Below the pieces are notes generated by a model. That model saw nothing but the letters and a program-made list of their open reading frames with translations. It did no database searches and was not told the origin of the DNA. Of a DNA stretch of 64,000 bases, positions 43,061 through 56,331 are shown one piece after another; the first letter of the stretch is position 1, and each line of letters starts with the position of its first letter. Location of the stretch: contig CALGNI010000038.1 in the NCBI GenBank assembly GCA_937958645.1, positions 3,647-67,646 of the forward strand, written 5' to 3'. The translations under genes were made by a program, and so were the position numbers. The stretch is from Candidatus Absconditabacterales bacterium. Lineage in GTDB: Bacteria; Patescibacteriota; Gracilibacteria; Absconditabacterales; Absconditicoccaceae.

Positions 43061-44332
43061 ATGACGACATTGAGAATAAGTAATGATGGTATTTCCCCTG
43101 AGTTGGATCCTAAGATCTTGGATGTGATTGCCCAGGTTGATCACACAGGTGCATATTACCTGTATGATGAGCAATATATCGTCGATCAAATAGCCGTGTT
43201 TAAGCAGCGAGAGATGGCTTGAGGATTTCAGTTGAGGTATGCGATGAAGGCAAATCCGATCAAAAGGATCTTGGAAACCATGAATAAGAATGATGTGCAT
43301 ATCGATGCGTGTAGTGAATATGAAGTCTGGAGGGCGATGGACGCAGGGTTCGAACCACATCAGATTCAACTCACCGGGCAGGTGTTACCTGAGAACTTAG
43401 GAAAATTGCTTGAGTTGTGAATATCGATTTGTGCATGTTCTTTGCATCAAATAGCTATGATCTGAAAGATTAAACCTGGAGCTACGATGTGAATAAGACT
43501 CAATCCCTGATCAGGATCAGGTCAATTTCCTGGAGTGAACGTATGAGGAGAGAATTCTTCATTTGGGATATGGTATGACAAAATTCCTGAGATTCTTGCT
43601 TTGGCTCAGGAGTATGATTTGCGTATCACGACCATGCATACGCATATCGGTTCAGGTACAAACCCTGATGTACGAGAAGATGTAGCATCTCATTCTCTAT
43701 GATTTTCTAAGCATTTCAAAGATCTTGAAACCATAAACTTATGATGATGATTTAAGATAGCCAGAACCCTTCATGAAAAGGCTGTTGATATCTCGGAAGT
43801 ATGAAAAAAACTCCAGGAAGCGCTTGCTCTCCATGAAAAAAACACCGGAATCAGTCTCAAGCTTGAAGTAGAGCCCGGAAGTAACCTTGTAGCAAATGCA
43901 GGCTATCTCGTAGCTCAAATCGATGATCTGGTAGATACTGGAGCATCATGAAATACCTTCGTGAAACTCAATATCGGGATGTCAGATATCATCCGTCCTA
44001 TCATGTACGGAGCTGAACATCCGATTCGATTTTTGACCACAGATCCAGATGATACCCAGCAAGAAGTCATCATCGTAGGACACAGTTGTGAAAGTTCAGA
44101 TATGCTGACGGTAGATAATATTTGAACCCCACGCAAACGTAAAGTTCCTAGCAACATCGATATCTGAGATCTAGTCATCATAGGTGGAGCGTGAGCATAC
44201 TGCAGCAGTATGAATACCAAAAATTACAACTCATTCCCTGAGATCCCAGAATATCTTCATACTACACACTGAATGATAGATCTTATCAAAGCAGGTCAGG
44301 AGGTTGAGGATATATGGGCTTTGGAGGTGTAG
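43061..44332 (+). CDS. fold-type III PLP-dependent decarboxylase (Orn/DAP/Arg decarboxylase family, LysA-like)
   Basis: 'LRYAMKANP' (PLP Lys), 'HTHIGSG', 'INLGGGF' (three consecutive TGA at 43742-43750), 'EVEPGSNLVANAG', 'GAGAYCSSM'. Confidence 0.8.
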
Positions 44333-44427
44333 GGAATGGACTTAGGGGGTGTGCGTGAGTGCATATGGTTTGATTTTTGATTTACTTAGTTTATGATGAA
44401 TGCATTCATTTATTTCCCCTATAAACT

Positions 44428-45456
44428 ATGATAATAGATCTCCATCAAGATTGGTCAGATAATAGTCTTACTACGACTCATAAGGATTTCTTTTCTAAGG
44501 AAGAAAATCTTCATGGCTGGAATATGGAATGAATGGACGCAGTAAATCATGCTACATTTGAAAAATTAAGATCATCAGGCATTGTTGCTGTCATAGGAGC
44601 GCTATTTATCGACCCGATCACAATGGAAGCGAGTGATCATTCATTTTCTCAGTGAAGACAACCCATCGAAGCTGCTTTGTATGAGCTACATCGTCACAAT
44701 AAGTTTTATGACTACGTAGTTTGAGCATCAGATGGAGAACTTCGTTTGATAGTATCAGGAAATGATCTGGATGAATGTATTCAAGAGAAGAAAATGTGAC
44801 TTATTAAGCATATCGAATGATATTATGTGCAAGATCCGTCAGGAAATATGGATGTGTTAGACCGCCTGTATGATCAGTGAATTAGATCGGTATGAATGAC
44901 TCGAAATATCAATAACAATTTAGCTCAAGCATCGAATGATGGAGAGCATACTCATTGATTGACTGAGTTGTGAAGAATCTTTGTAGAAACACTAATAAAA
45001 AAATGAATGATTCTTGATCTTGCTCATCTTTCGAGAACGTCAGTTGATGATGTGCTAGATATTGTCTCTTCTCCGGTTATGGTTTCTCATACTGCATTGA
45101 CCTGAGATAACGATAATCATAGATTTATCACTCCTGATCAAGCAAAGAAAGTAGCGGACAAGTGATGAATTATTTGATTAGCTGCTATGAAAAACAAATC
45201 TGATGAGTTTCCTCTAATCACACTTGATCATTATGGCGATCAAATAAAAACATTAATTAATTTGCTTGGAGAGGATTATGTCTGAATTTGAACGGATTTT
45301 GATTGATTGCCAAGTGAGTATGTGGTTGAATGATTTGATGATACGAGTAAATATCATCTAGTGCAAGAGCAGTTGCTAAAGAAATGACTCAAGCAAGCTC
45401 AAATTGAGAAAGTGATGTGATGAAATGCAAAGAGATTTATCCAGGCAGTATTATAA
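44428..45456 (+). CDS. membrane dipeptidase (peptidase M19) family protein
   Basis: 'IIDLHQD', 'LIKHIEG', 'GIRSVGMTRN', 'ILDLAHLS', 'VMVSHT', 'GIGTDFDG', 'VMGGNAKRF'. Confidence 0.75.
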
Positions 45457-45479
45457 ATATATAAAATTGTATGAAAAAA

Positions 45480-45506
45480 GAGTGAGACGTCTTCTCACTC
45501 TTTTTT
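45480..45506. terminator. bidirectional terminator between convergent genes
   Basis: gagtgaga/tctcactc stem flanked by A6 and T6. Confidence 0.75.
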
Positions 45507-45508
45507 CT

Positions 45509-46477
45509 TTATCAGGAGTATTTATATCACTTCCGTCTAGATTCAGCTTCAATATAAAGAATCACTACTTCTTGACCTACTTGCATATCATATGATGATA
45601 CTCAAAGGGATGTCTTTTTATCTATGATGCAAATAAGGTCAGGGAATGATGCTTCAAATCAAGAGCTAGAGATTTCCATATACTCGTTTTTGATGATAAC
45701 GTTTCGTTCAGTATTCTTGTCATCGAAAATTGATGCAGTTCACTGGAGGAATCATCACTTTTTGGTTATGTTTACCTGGTTGACTATTCACTGACTCACT
45801 ATCGTTCCTAGTGATGGCAAGATTTTTTCATCGTTTTCAATAGCCGCTCATACGAGAATACTTCTACTCAATGCTCATGCGCTTGCATGTTCTTTGAAGA
45901 TATTGGCTGTACAGATATGATCAATACAAATTAACGACCCTCAAGTTGTGGTTACCAATCTTCTCAGTTCTTTATCCGCTTTCTTGATATTTTGTTCTTC
46001 GAGGTAATGAATATGGAGATCTTTATCAACAGCGATGATGGGAAACACACTAATGCTAGCTAAGAGAAAGTTATCATATTGAAGTTCTGGCACAGCTCTT
46101 CCTCAAACAATATCAGCATCCACTAGGGGAATATTTGTCATTCAGCTCAAGCCAAGCACCATCATTTCAATTCCCGTTTCTACGGGAACTAGTCAGTGGA
46201 GATCCTGTTGATAGCGCTCATTGACATACTTGAGTCATGCTAGTGCTTGCTGTTTTATCGTGTCAGATACGGTTCAAGCAGGTCAAACACCATACACACA
46301 TGCAAGAAGCTGCGTATCATCAAACTCCTGAATTCCTTTTAGTTCAGGGTATGGAATCTTATCTTTTACGAATTTTTCTAACAATGATTCTTGGGTATCT
46401 ATCGAGAATCCTCATCATGTGCTAAATATTGATGCTCAAGCGATCATCTGTTTGCAGGTTTGATAATTAAGCTTCAT
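45509..46477 (-). CDS. DUF917 family protein
   Basis: 'GASIFSTGGGFS', 'VPVETGIEMMVLGLSGMTNIPLVDADIVGGRAVPELQYDNF'. Its start overlaps the upstream gene's stop by 11 nt. Ends TCC TGA TAA. Confidence 0.65.
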
Positions 46478-47537
46478 GAGTTGGGTTAGAGGTTAAAGTA
46501 GTTTTGAGGTAAGATCAAATGATGCTTTTGGTTAAGTTGACTGAGCTTTTAATATCTGCAAAATAATTAAACTCATCTTCTTGAAAGGTAGAATGTGAGG
46601 GGATATATCATGCAATCATTCATGGAACCTCACATCATAGTGATTTAATTGCCTCATCCGTTTGTATCAAAATTTTCATTTCATTTGTATTTTCGAGAGC
46701 CAATCAGAATCATTGTTCCATATTTTGAATATATGCAGCAATATAGCTTGCGTTCACAATATCTTTCAATGAGCTTGGCGGATTCATTTGGAAATATTGC
46801 TTCAAAAATGGATCTGTAATCTTTTCGCTCAGCTCTTGAACAGACGGTTTTTTTGATTGGGCTAGTTCTTGCTTGATATATGCTCAAATCTCAGCAAGAG
46901 GCTCTATTGTTTGCGTCTTTTCTTGTAGTGATTTTGGAACTCTTTTTTTGATTGCTTTGCTTACGTAGTTGGATTGAAGATCAATTTTTTCTATATACTT
47001 ATTCAGTAGATCAGGTCAAAGTAAAGGAGAATCTAGATAATACAAATAATATTCAACTCTTGGGATATGAAATGATACAGAGTTAATCATTTCTGGATTC
47101 ATTCATTCAAGTACTCCTTTTGGTATCCTACACAAATAATCAATATCATAAGGGCTCAAATTCGGGTTTCCAAGGATATCTATTAGCTGTCATTTACTTG
47201 GCAATTTACGAGGATCCGTGAGAATTACTTGATCTCAAGTTTCGTTTAGTCAGGTGAGTGTATTATTGCCAAACAAGCAAATTCAACTAATGACTGCAAG
47301 TTTTTCTCAAGGTGGAGGAGTTTTAGATATTCAGTTTTTTAGTCAACGAAAATGTCACGAAAATGCATTAGATTGAGTTTCTAAGCTGATATAGGTATCC
47401 TGTCCAGTTTTGCTAAAAGTAGTATCGTTTGATGATGGAAGATAGTCTTCCAGTGCTTCTACGTAATGAAGTTGTTTGTTTTTACTCTTGGTAGAGATGT
47501 TTTGTGGGGTATTACCGTTTCATGGTGTATTGATCAT
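46467..47537 (-). CDS. hypothetical protein, translationally coupled to DUF917
   Basis: 1071-nt table-25 ORF that joins track ORF 46681-46887 in frame. No confident family. A weak 'EQGFGLA' resemblance to QEGLA-motif proteins is not trusted. Confidence 0.45.
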
Positions 47538-47641
47538 GAGAATTGATGAATGATTAAAAATAACACAAAGGTTCGTCGAAACTAACTTCTTCGAAGCATA
47601 TGTCCATTCATCAGTCTCGGGCCCGATCCTGATATCTTAAC

Positions 47642-47673
47642 AAAAAAAACCTCCTGTAATTGTTACAGAAGGG
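47642..47673 (-). promoter_or_regulatory. terminator hairpin in the 5' leader of the 47537-45509 operon (candidate attenuator)
   Basis: Minus strand reads cccttctgtaa-caa-ttacaggagg followed by T8, about 105 nt upstream of ATG 47537. An upstream segment 'acagaggggagg' could compete for the 5' arm. It overlaps a 15-codon uORF (METFLLKQRGGFLMM). Confidence 0.4.
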
Positions 47674-47943
47674 TTTGAATGATTATTGTGATGAGTGTAA
47701 CTTACTTAATTACATCATCAGAAAACCTCCCCTCTGTTTGAGAAGAAATGTCTCCATGAAAATGAATTAATTAGATTAGTCATCAGAACAATAAACTAAA
47801 TGTTAAGATACATTATGTATACATGATTCTATTCTTGGTTTCAAGGGGAAATGTAAGCGACTTTGATAAGCGGCTTATTTTCCTCTTGCAAAATAATTTT
47901 CTATCAGTAATAATAAAATGTTTTACTGAAGTAATACACTAAT

Positions 47944-48204
47944 ATGTTATTTCCAGAATCATTGAAATTAGTTACTGATACACTTTGGCGCATCAAAAAG
48001 GAAGATCTAGATTGAAGTCTAGAAGATCTTTTTACACCTTCAGAAATTATAGAGATCGCTGATAGAATACTAATATTAAAAGCCCTCAAGGAAGGGAAAA
48101 AACAAAGAGCCATTGCTGAAGAGCTATGATTATCGGTTACTACTGTTAGTAAAGGATCTAGAGTGTTGAAGTATGGGAGAAGAAAAATAGAGAAAGTGCT
48201 CTAA
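47944..48204 (+). CDS. Trp repressor family protein (YerC/YecD-like)
   Basis: 'TPSEIIEIADRILILKALKEGKKQRAIAEELGLSVTTVSKGSRVLKYG' matches the TrpR/YerC HTH pattern. 86 aa. Confidence 0.65.
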
Positions 48205-48270
48205 AAATTTTACCCGCATGTTTTAGTGTAGTAATACGATTTGATTATTTTTTTATAAAATATTTTAAAG

Positions 48271-49236
48271 ATGAAAAATACACCATATATTGAAAACGCT
48301 CATATAAATATTGAGCAAGAGTTTAGATTGCTTAATGATTCATGAGAACTTGTTATAGAAAAAGATGGGATGAGTTTGCCAGAGTATATTCACTATTCGA
48401 TAAAGCTAAAACCTGAATTAACTTTATTGTTGAAGCAATGATACATCCAAATACACCCAGAATTTAATAAAGATCAGTTTGAAGTTGCAAGCTATGGGAA
48501 GAATAGTTTTTCATCAGTGAAAGATATTATGCTTACGACATATACTTGATTGTCTGAAGTGCTCGCTGAGCAGTGAGAAACCATAGATTTACGTGTACTT
48601 CCACCTGAAGGACCCGCGATATGACATACTGAATATAAACCCTATTATCCATTGTTAGCTAAGAAAGTAATAGAACAAACTGGTGATAGTAATTCGATTA
48701 AGAAATTTGATATTACTTCATGTCAGTTCAATATTGATGATCCTGAGTTGACTCTGTATAGAGCAATTGCAGATGATTTTCATCAGCACGGATTTTTTAA
48801 TTCGAAGTATGGCTCTTTGAGATCGCCACATAGAGCAAAGATTTTCAAAGATATTATTGATAGAATTACAGAAACCTGAATGATATCTTGAGGAATTTAC
48901 CCTCCATATCTTGAGTGAGTCACACTAGAAGAACCTTGATTTCTACCATTTATGCCCCCAAGTTCCTATGATAGAATGTTACGTAATGATGAACTACTAA
49001 AGTATTTTCTTGATTGACCAAATACTCAACATTATTTAGAAATTAAAAGCAGCGACATTAACAATTCAGGACATTACCTTGAAATCAAACCCTTTGATTT
49101 ATGAGTAGAAAATCATGGACTAATTGAATCTGGGGACTGAAGTGAGATTATTTCAAAAAGATATGATACAATTTACAAATATTTAATTGATACTCATGAT
49201 GAATATGATAACAGAATACCTCAATCTGAGATCTAG
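48271..49236 (+). CDS. divergent carboxylate-amine ligase-like protein (GCS2-like, tentative)
   Basis: 'IEQEFRLLNDSGELV', 'IHPEFNKDQFEVAS', 'LEIKPFD' loosely follow YbdK/GCS2 motifs. Track ORF 48652-48879 is in frame. Confidence 0.4.
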
Positions 49237-49268
49237 TACATTAAAAGTTTTATTAAAAGATACTTTCC

Positions 49269-50078
49269 ATGATATACCCAAGAATAGAAACTATTAACTC
49301 TTGAGTCCCTTGACCTACCACAACAATTATCTGAGGAATTCATGGGAATGAACCAACGTGATTTGAGTTGATTCAGATGCTAAAAGATTCGTTATGTATT
49401 GATGCTGGAGTAGTAACACTAATCTCAGCTCATCATGAGGCAAAAGAAAAGAATGCAAGATTCATCGATAAAGATCTTAATAGAAGTTTTGGTAAGAGCG
49501 TAGACGAGACCATTGAGTCTCGTCTTGCTCAACTCATATCTCCATATATCACAAAGGCTAACTATGTACTTGATGTCCACAATACAGTAAAAAACTCCTC
49601 ACCGAGATTTTGTATTAGTGAACATGAGGAGTTTGCGCAGTTTATTGGTATTCCTTTTTATGTTTGATGATGCTGAGAGAAATTTATGTGAAGTACCGAT
49701 CAATTTGCCGATCGTGAGTGAGCAAAGTGATTTTGTCTGGAAGCTTGATGGATTCATGAGAGTAAAGACCACACTCAGTTTGCTTACGATTCGAGTATTA
49801 ATCTTTTGAAGTCTTTTGGTAACATAGAATGAGATCCGAACAATTATTGATCAAGCAAGAAGTTGGTAATGGATATAATGTATCACGCTACCTGAAATTA
49901 TGAAAGTAAACGTGAGTTTGCTGATTTCGATCCAGTAAAGGCAGGGGAAATGATTTGAGTTGATGAAGATAGACCGATCATGGCAACTGAAGATTGATTT
50001 ATCTTATTTTCCAGCATGGAAGCAAGAAGAGGTGAGTTGGGCTTTATGTTTTTGAAGGAGAGGGGTAATTCTAAATAG
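49269..50078 (+). CDS. succinylglutamate desuccinylase/aspartoacylase (AstE/AspA, M14-like) family deacylase 1
   Basis: 'IIGGIHGNEPTG', 'IDKDLNRSF', 'VLDVHNT'. Track ORF 49368-49667 is in frame. Confidence 0.7.
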
Positions 50079-50251
50079 TGAAGCTGAGTACACTTGAGAA
50101 TTAAAGTAAACTCATAGTACTTGATAAGTTAATGTTGTGTTAGTTTTTGCTGTTATTATTTTTAACAACAGATAATATATTATGTTATTGATTTTATGTT
50201 CTTTATATAAATAAATTCTAAGTCTAGTTATTTTATTCTCTTCTATTAAAA

Positions 50252-51961
50252 ATGCTCAATAATTCAAAAAATAACATCTTATGAAAGTATAAAAAGTATT
50301 TTCTAGAAGAATGAGAATGAAATGCTAGTGATGTAAAAAAATATTTTGATGGACTTTATGATAGAGTTTTTTCCAAGTTTCAAGAATGAAATCAAGCGTT
50401 AATGAAGAAAAATGATAATCAATCATTGCGTTATATTGATAGTATAAAAGATGAAACCTTCCCTGAAAAAGGATTAAACATTGATGAGGTCTTAGAAAAA
50501 ACAAGTAAGGCATTTTGATGAGCATTGAGACGACATTCAACTCAAACCGCGTATAACGTTTGACCTAGTCCAATTCTTCCTACTGTTGGTGTGAATGCAG
50601 TAGTAAACTTATTTAATCCTAACTGTTTAATGGATGAGGTTTGTTGAGACTTTATGGTGACTGAAAAAAAAGTAGTCAAATTTTTGAGTGATATCGCGTG
50701 AATAGATTACAATAAATCAGACTGAATGTCTACTTATTGATGAGCATGAACTTTAATGTATGCTATCAAGACTAGCCTTTGAAAGGTCTCTAGTACATCA
50801 TTTTCACAATGAATCCGTAATGATTATTACGTACTTACTTGAGAATCAAATCATTATTTTATCACAAATATATGCTGATTTCTTTGAATTTGAACAGATC
50901 AATGTATTAGGATACCTTCAATAGATCATGGAATTATGGATTTAGTAGAATTAAGATCAGTCTATGAATCCCTGCTTAAGGAAGATAAGAAGGTGATTTG
51001 TATAATAGCTAATTGATGAGAGACTATTAATCATGCAATTGATGATTTATCAGAAATAACAAAAATAATCGACAACCTCACTAAAATATATGAATCAAAC
51101 AGGCCCCATTTACATTTAGATAGTGTAAATTGACGATGTTGGTTAACATTTCAGTGATATGATTTCGAAGAAAATCAATTAAAGATCAATGAAATAGATT
51201 TAAGTAAAATTCGTAAAGCCTATACCTTACTTTCTAAAGTATACCTTGCTGACTCTTTTTCAGCAGATTTTCATAAAACATGACTATGTCCTTATACCTC
51301 AGCTTTTTATCTTGTTAAAAATTTTGAAGATTTAAAGCATATTCAATGAATTGAAAGTTATAAGAAGGATATTTCTCGATGAGAAGGAATTAATTTAAAA
51401 ACATCTATAGAGCATTCTAGATCTTGAACATGAATATTAAGTGCATATGTTTCAATATTAACAATGTGAAAAGAATGATTTCAAGCGTACTTGAGTACTT
51501 TATTCAATAGTTGAAGGAATATCAAGAACGTAATTTTAAATAAATATCCTGATAAGATTGAAATTGTAAATAAATTGTGAAATCGATTTGTTAATATTAT
51601 TGTACTTAAATTCTTTAACAATCAGCCTGAATTTGAAGATCTATGTAGGTCTAGCGATGAAATCAAATTGAAATACAATCAATTTGCTCGTTGATACTAT
51701 GAATTTTGTCTGTCTAAAGTTAGAGAATGAAATTCAATGTACCCATATTTATGATACATTAGTAATTATACACATTTAGGAGAAAAAACCTGATTGGTCA
51801 CTTTTAAGATCTATGGAATGTCAGTTAACTACACCAATAAAGATTATACTTATTTTGTGAAATCAGTGGTTCATTCGTTAAACGAATACAAGAAAACAAT
51901 GGCTAAATGATCAAATCGCAAGACTATGCTTACCAAAGAAAAAAGGCATACTTTAAAGTAA
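50252..51961 (+). CDS. group II PLP-dependent decarboxylase (aromatic amino acid/Tyr/Glu decarboxylase-like)
   Basis: 569-aa table-25 ORF with about 38 TGA. PLP-lysine motif 'SADFHKTGLCPY', and 'YGGAGTLMYAIK'. TAA at 51959. Confidence 0.7.
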
Positions 51962-51995
51962 AGGAGTAGTGCTATTTTAAATCTTATGACATAAT

Positions 51996-52766
51996 ATGGA
52001 TAAGATTATAGAATTTTATTGAACAAGATCTAAGAATGAGGTTGGTATTCTAAATACAGTTCTAGATGATCTGAATGAACTCTTAGTAAATGTTGATAGA
52101 TGAAATTCTCACAATATTTCATGTATATTATATTGATCTTTAGCAACCTATGACCAAACGAAAAATTCCGATATTGACGTAATGTTTATGAAGAACGGAA
52201 AATCATCTAAGGAATTGTTTGATCAATTGAAATGATGACTGATAGATATTTCAAAAAAAAACAAACTAGAAGTTGATGAAGAAGTCCCGTTCAAGAGTAA
52301 GTTGATATTCAGTCATAACGAAATTTTAGAGTCTTTGTTAGCAAAATGATTTCCAAACATAGATTGAAAAATAGAAGTTCCAAATATCATTTCAACTAAG
52401 GATCTTAGAAAAAAATCCACAAAAATTAGATTATGAACCAACATTATAACCACGCCAAATATTTGAATTTTCCATTCAGTAAGTGAAAAAGAATTTTATG
52501 ATCAAATAAAGTATAGATGATGATTGCTCTTACAAAGCTTGGCTAGAAACCTCTTTACACAAAATTTTAAAAATCAAAAGATCACTCAGAATGACCTTCT
52601 TGAAGTGTTGGCTACTAGCAATTGAAATGAATGAAGGAAGCATCTCTGATATAAAATTGAAAGGCCTTTTGTAAGAAAATATTTAGTTAACTTATTGGAA
52701 AAAAAGTACTCCAATCAGGAGTTAGATAGCATGGAAAATAGTTTATGAAGTCAAATATTTTTATAA
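51996..52766 (+). CDS. nucleotidyltransferase (Pol-beta superfamily) domain protein
   Basis: 'ILYGSLATYDQTKNSDIDVMF' matches the GS...D.D NTase motif. Confidence 0.55.
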
Positions 52767-52779
52767 TATACTTAAATTT

Positions 52780-53595
52780 ATGAAAATTAATTTACAAATA
52801 CTTTGATCTTGATGATCAATCCCTACGCCTAGAATATGATCAAAGAGTGAAATATCAAAATTGGCAAGAGAAGTCTGACATCCATATAAGAAGAACTCAA
52901 GCTGTCTGTGAATTCCTGAAATTCATGCACTTATTGATTGTCCCGAAGATATATCTGATTCATTAAATAAAATAGACTTTCCTAATGTAAAGCACTTATT
53001 CTTAACACATTGGCATCCTGATCATACATTTTGATTAAGAGTGTTGCTTTCAAGCGTATTCGATCCAATAGATAAGAAAATTGATGAGCCAATACAACTT
53101 TACTTTCCAAAAAAAGTTTATCAAGATTTAAGACAACATTACCCTTCAATTGATTATTTTGTTGATGAAATGTGATTTTGAGTTGTGAATTTCCTAGAGC
53201 ATTGAGAATCAGTAAATATTTGATGAGTTAGCATCACAACTATATGATATTCATGAGAATGATCATGGGTAAATTGATATTTAATTGAGTCAAACTGAAA
53301 GCGTGCTTTATATTCACCTTGTGAGACAATTTTATTCGAACAATTTGAAATTAATGATTTGGATATACTTATTACTGAGTGTTGAGTTTTTTCTTTTGAT
53401 AAGGTGAAAACTGAAATATCTTTTCCAAAAATGATCAAAAATATAGAGAGATTACAGCCAAAAAAAACGTATATAACCCATATTGAGGAAGTTGAATTAG
53501 CGAGATGGGGGTATGATTACTTGCAAGAAATGAAGGAAAAATATTCAGATATTCCTTTCGAATTCGCTTTAGATTGACTAAAAATAGACTTATAA
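52780..53595 (+). CDS. MBL-fold metallo-hydrolase
   Basis: 'ILGSGGSIPTP', 'LFLTHWHPDHTFGL' (HxHxDH). Confidence 0.7.
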
Positions 53596-53596
53596 C

Positions 53597-54955
53597 ATGT
53601 CAAAAAGTGTAACTATAGTCTGATGGGGAACAAGTGCAGCGATAGCTGCATTGAATTACTACAATGAATGATATAACATTGAAGTTTATACTAAGTGACC
53701 AGAACCTACGTTAGACAATATTTCATCATCGGATATTGACTTTTATGCTTCATCAATGACTTGATGAACTGATATTCAGCGTTTTATAACTTGAATTGAG
53801 TGAAATCCATGGAATTTTTGTGCTTTTAGTTCACACCAATGCGAAGACTGGTCTAAGATGTGGAAAACTACAATTTCCGAATGATGATGGTTAGAAAAAG
53901 AGGCCTCGCTTTATTCTAAAAAGATGCAAAATAAAATTAAAAATAGAGCTTTATTTTACAATAAAATGTGAATTGAAGAGCAAACTACTAACTATAATAA
54001 ATGGATTATTAAAAATAAGGAAAGTTTATCATTACGAAAAAAATGTATCATTGACTCACCAGAGCTATTTAAATGAACTGAAATACAGTGATTTGATTCT
54101 GGTGTGTTAAAACTCTTTTTGAATCAGAAATATTTTGAAAAAACATATTTCAAGTTCAAGAGACTTGATCTTTTAGCTAAAAAATTGACGTTTAAAAGTA
54201 TCGTAAACTGACATGAGATGTTTTGATTTCGAGAAAAATGAATAAATATATCTAAATTTACTTATCTATTGGTAAAGATTAAAGACCTTTTAATGTCAAA
54301 TTGAGTAAAATTTTATTTTGACAATGAAATTAAAAGCATTTCCTTAAATCGTAAAAAAATTATTGAATGAATAGTGTTGAGTTCATGAGAGGTAGTTCAT
54401 AATCAAAATTTTTCATTTCATTTGTGAGCTTATAATTCTAGTTCAAAAATTAATGCAGAGTTACAAGACATTGTTCCAGTTTGATGATTGTGGTCAATTG
54501 TTGAGATAGGAGACGAAGTCGATCCATTCTATCTTAAACATCCAATGAAACTTCACACGACTAAAGAAGGAGATATCTTCTGACGAGATATTAATATTTC
54601 CAGGATAGATCATCCAAATAAAAATTTATTTCTAGCATGATATTGATATATCGTGAGTGAGCATGCATGAAAACAGAACAGTGATATTGAATTTGCAAAA
54701 ACTAGACTTCATTCTCGATTTGAAACGGAGATTTGTAGACGGTTTAAGAAGAAAGATATTAAATCTATCAAACACATAGAAAATATTTGTTATAGGTCAT
54801 TTACACCAACGGACAGAGAGACATTATATGCATATGAAACATGAAAGTGATGAAAAGCAATATTCTGCTCAGGTTGAAATACTTGAAGCACTACAATTAG
54901 TTTTAAAGATGCAAAACTATGTATTGACATATTGAATAATAAAGTTAAGAACTAA
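53597..54955 (+). CDS. FAD-dependent oxidoreductase (DAO/amine-oxidase-like)
   Basis: N-terminal dinucleotide fold 'VTIVGWGTSAAIAALNYYNEGYNIEVY'. C-terminal 'FCSGGNTGSTTIS'. The start lies 1 nt after the MBL stop codon. Confidence 0.55.
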
Positions 54956-54980
54956 TTACTTTTATCTTTAAGTGTATCTC

Positions 54981-56291
54981 ATGGAATGAAATGACAAAAA
55001 TTTACCTAATGGTTATGAATCTACTCCTGACGATGAGAAAGTTACATTATGAAGTAAGAATTCTTTATTAGATTCATTACAATTGAATCGAGAGGAATAT
55101 TTGAACAATGCAATAGATACTGCAGAATCAGAGAAAAAAAAGGCATATTTTATGAGAATAAAAAAATTATTAGGATTGAAGGATTTATCTAAAGAACCAT
55201 GAAATCCTATCGCATTAATCATTGATAGTATAAAAAATGATGAATTTTATAGTTCTTTTGAAGATATTGAGGCTTCAGAAATTGCTTCAGAATGGGCGAC
55301 GTTTGATGTATTTAATTTTCCTGAGGACCATGTTGCTAGGAGAACATCAGATAGTTATTTCTTGTTAAAATCTAATAATGTTAGTGAAAGTATATTGCTT
55401 AGACCTCATACTTCGATCGTCCGATATGACTATTTAATGACGATGGATTGAAAGAAAAAACTAGAAGAAGAAGGGGAGATTAAGATATTATCATCTTGAA
55501 AAGTATATCGTGTTGATACTTTGGATCCAACTCATCATGAATGTTTTCATCAAATTGACTGATTGAGAATTGTTAAAAAGGACAAAGAAATTATTACACA
55601 AGAAACATTAAAAGATGTTTTAACAGTTACAATTAAGGCAGTTTTTGGTGACGATGTAGAGTTTAAATTTTATGAGGATAGCTTTCCATATACAGTTGAG
55701 TCATTAGAAGCATATGTTAAATTTGAGGATAAATGGATAGAAGTTTTAGGCGCATGAATAGTGCATCCTTCAGTTTTAGAGAAATTATGAATTAATTCTG
55801 ATGAATATAACTGACGGGCTTATTGATTTTGAATCGAGAGACTCGCTATGGCATTAAAGAAAGTGCCTGATATTAGAATTTTTTGGTCAGAAGATGAGAG
55901 AGTAACTAATCAGCGATGAAACTTTGAGCCGTATGAAGAAATCAGTAAATTCCCACCAGTTTACAAAGATATATCTTTAGTTGTTCCTAAAAATAAATTT
56001 GTTGAGGATACTTCTGAATGAGCTGATCCTTTTGATTTAAATGAAACAACAGAGTCAAATTTCTTTGAATTTTCAATTATTGCTAGAAATGTATGATGAG
56101 ATCTTATTGAAGCAGTAGAAATTACTGATATATTTAAGAATGATGCTAAATTTTGAGAGGAGTTGATGTCTATAACATTAAGAATTACGTTTAGATCATT
56201 AGAAAGAACTCTTACAAACGAAGAAATCAATAAAATGTACTTTGATATTAGACATGAAATTGAAAACTGATTAGGGTATGAATTAAGATAG
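54981..56291 (+). CDS. monomeric phenylalanyl-tRNA synthetase-like protein (PheS catalytic core fused to an FDX-ACB domain)
   Basis: 'FNFPEDHVARRTSDSYF', 'LLRPHTS', motif 2 'GKVYRVDTLDPTHHECFHQIDGL', motif 3 'AYGFGIERLAMAL' (TGA at 55824 and 55830), then 'FPPVYKDISLVVP...ITLRITFRS' (FDX-ACB). 436 aa. Confidence 0.8.
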
Positions 56292-56331
56292 AAACGATTT
56301 TTAGTTTGTCTTTAGTGTTAACATAGATTGA

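Noticed and set aside
46467-47537. Assignment as a DUF1704 / QEGLA-motif Tyr/Phe carboxypeptidase
   Set aside because: The only support is a loose 'EQGFGLA' resemblance, with no HExxH-type site. It was left as hypothetical.
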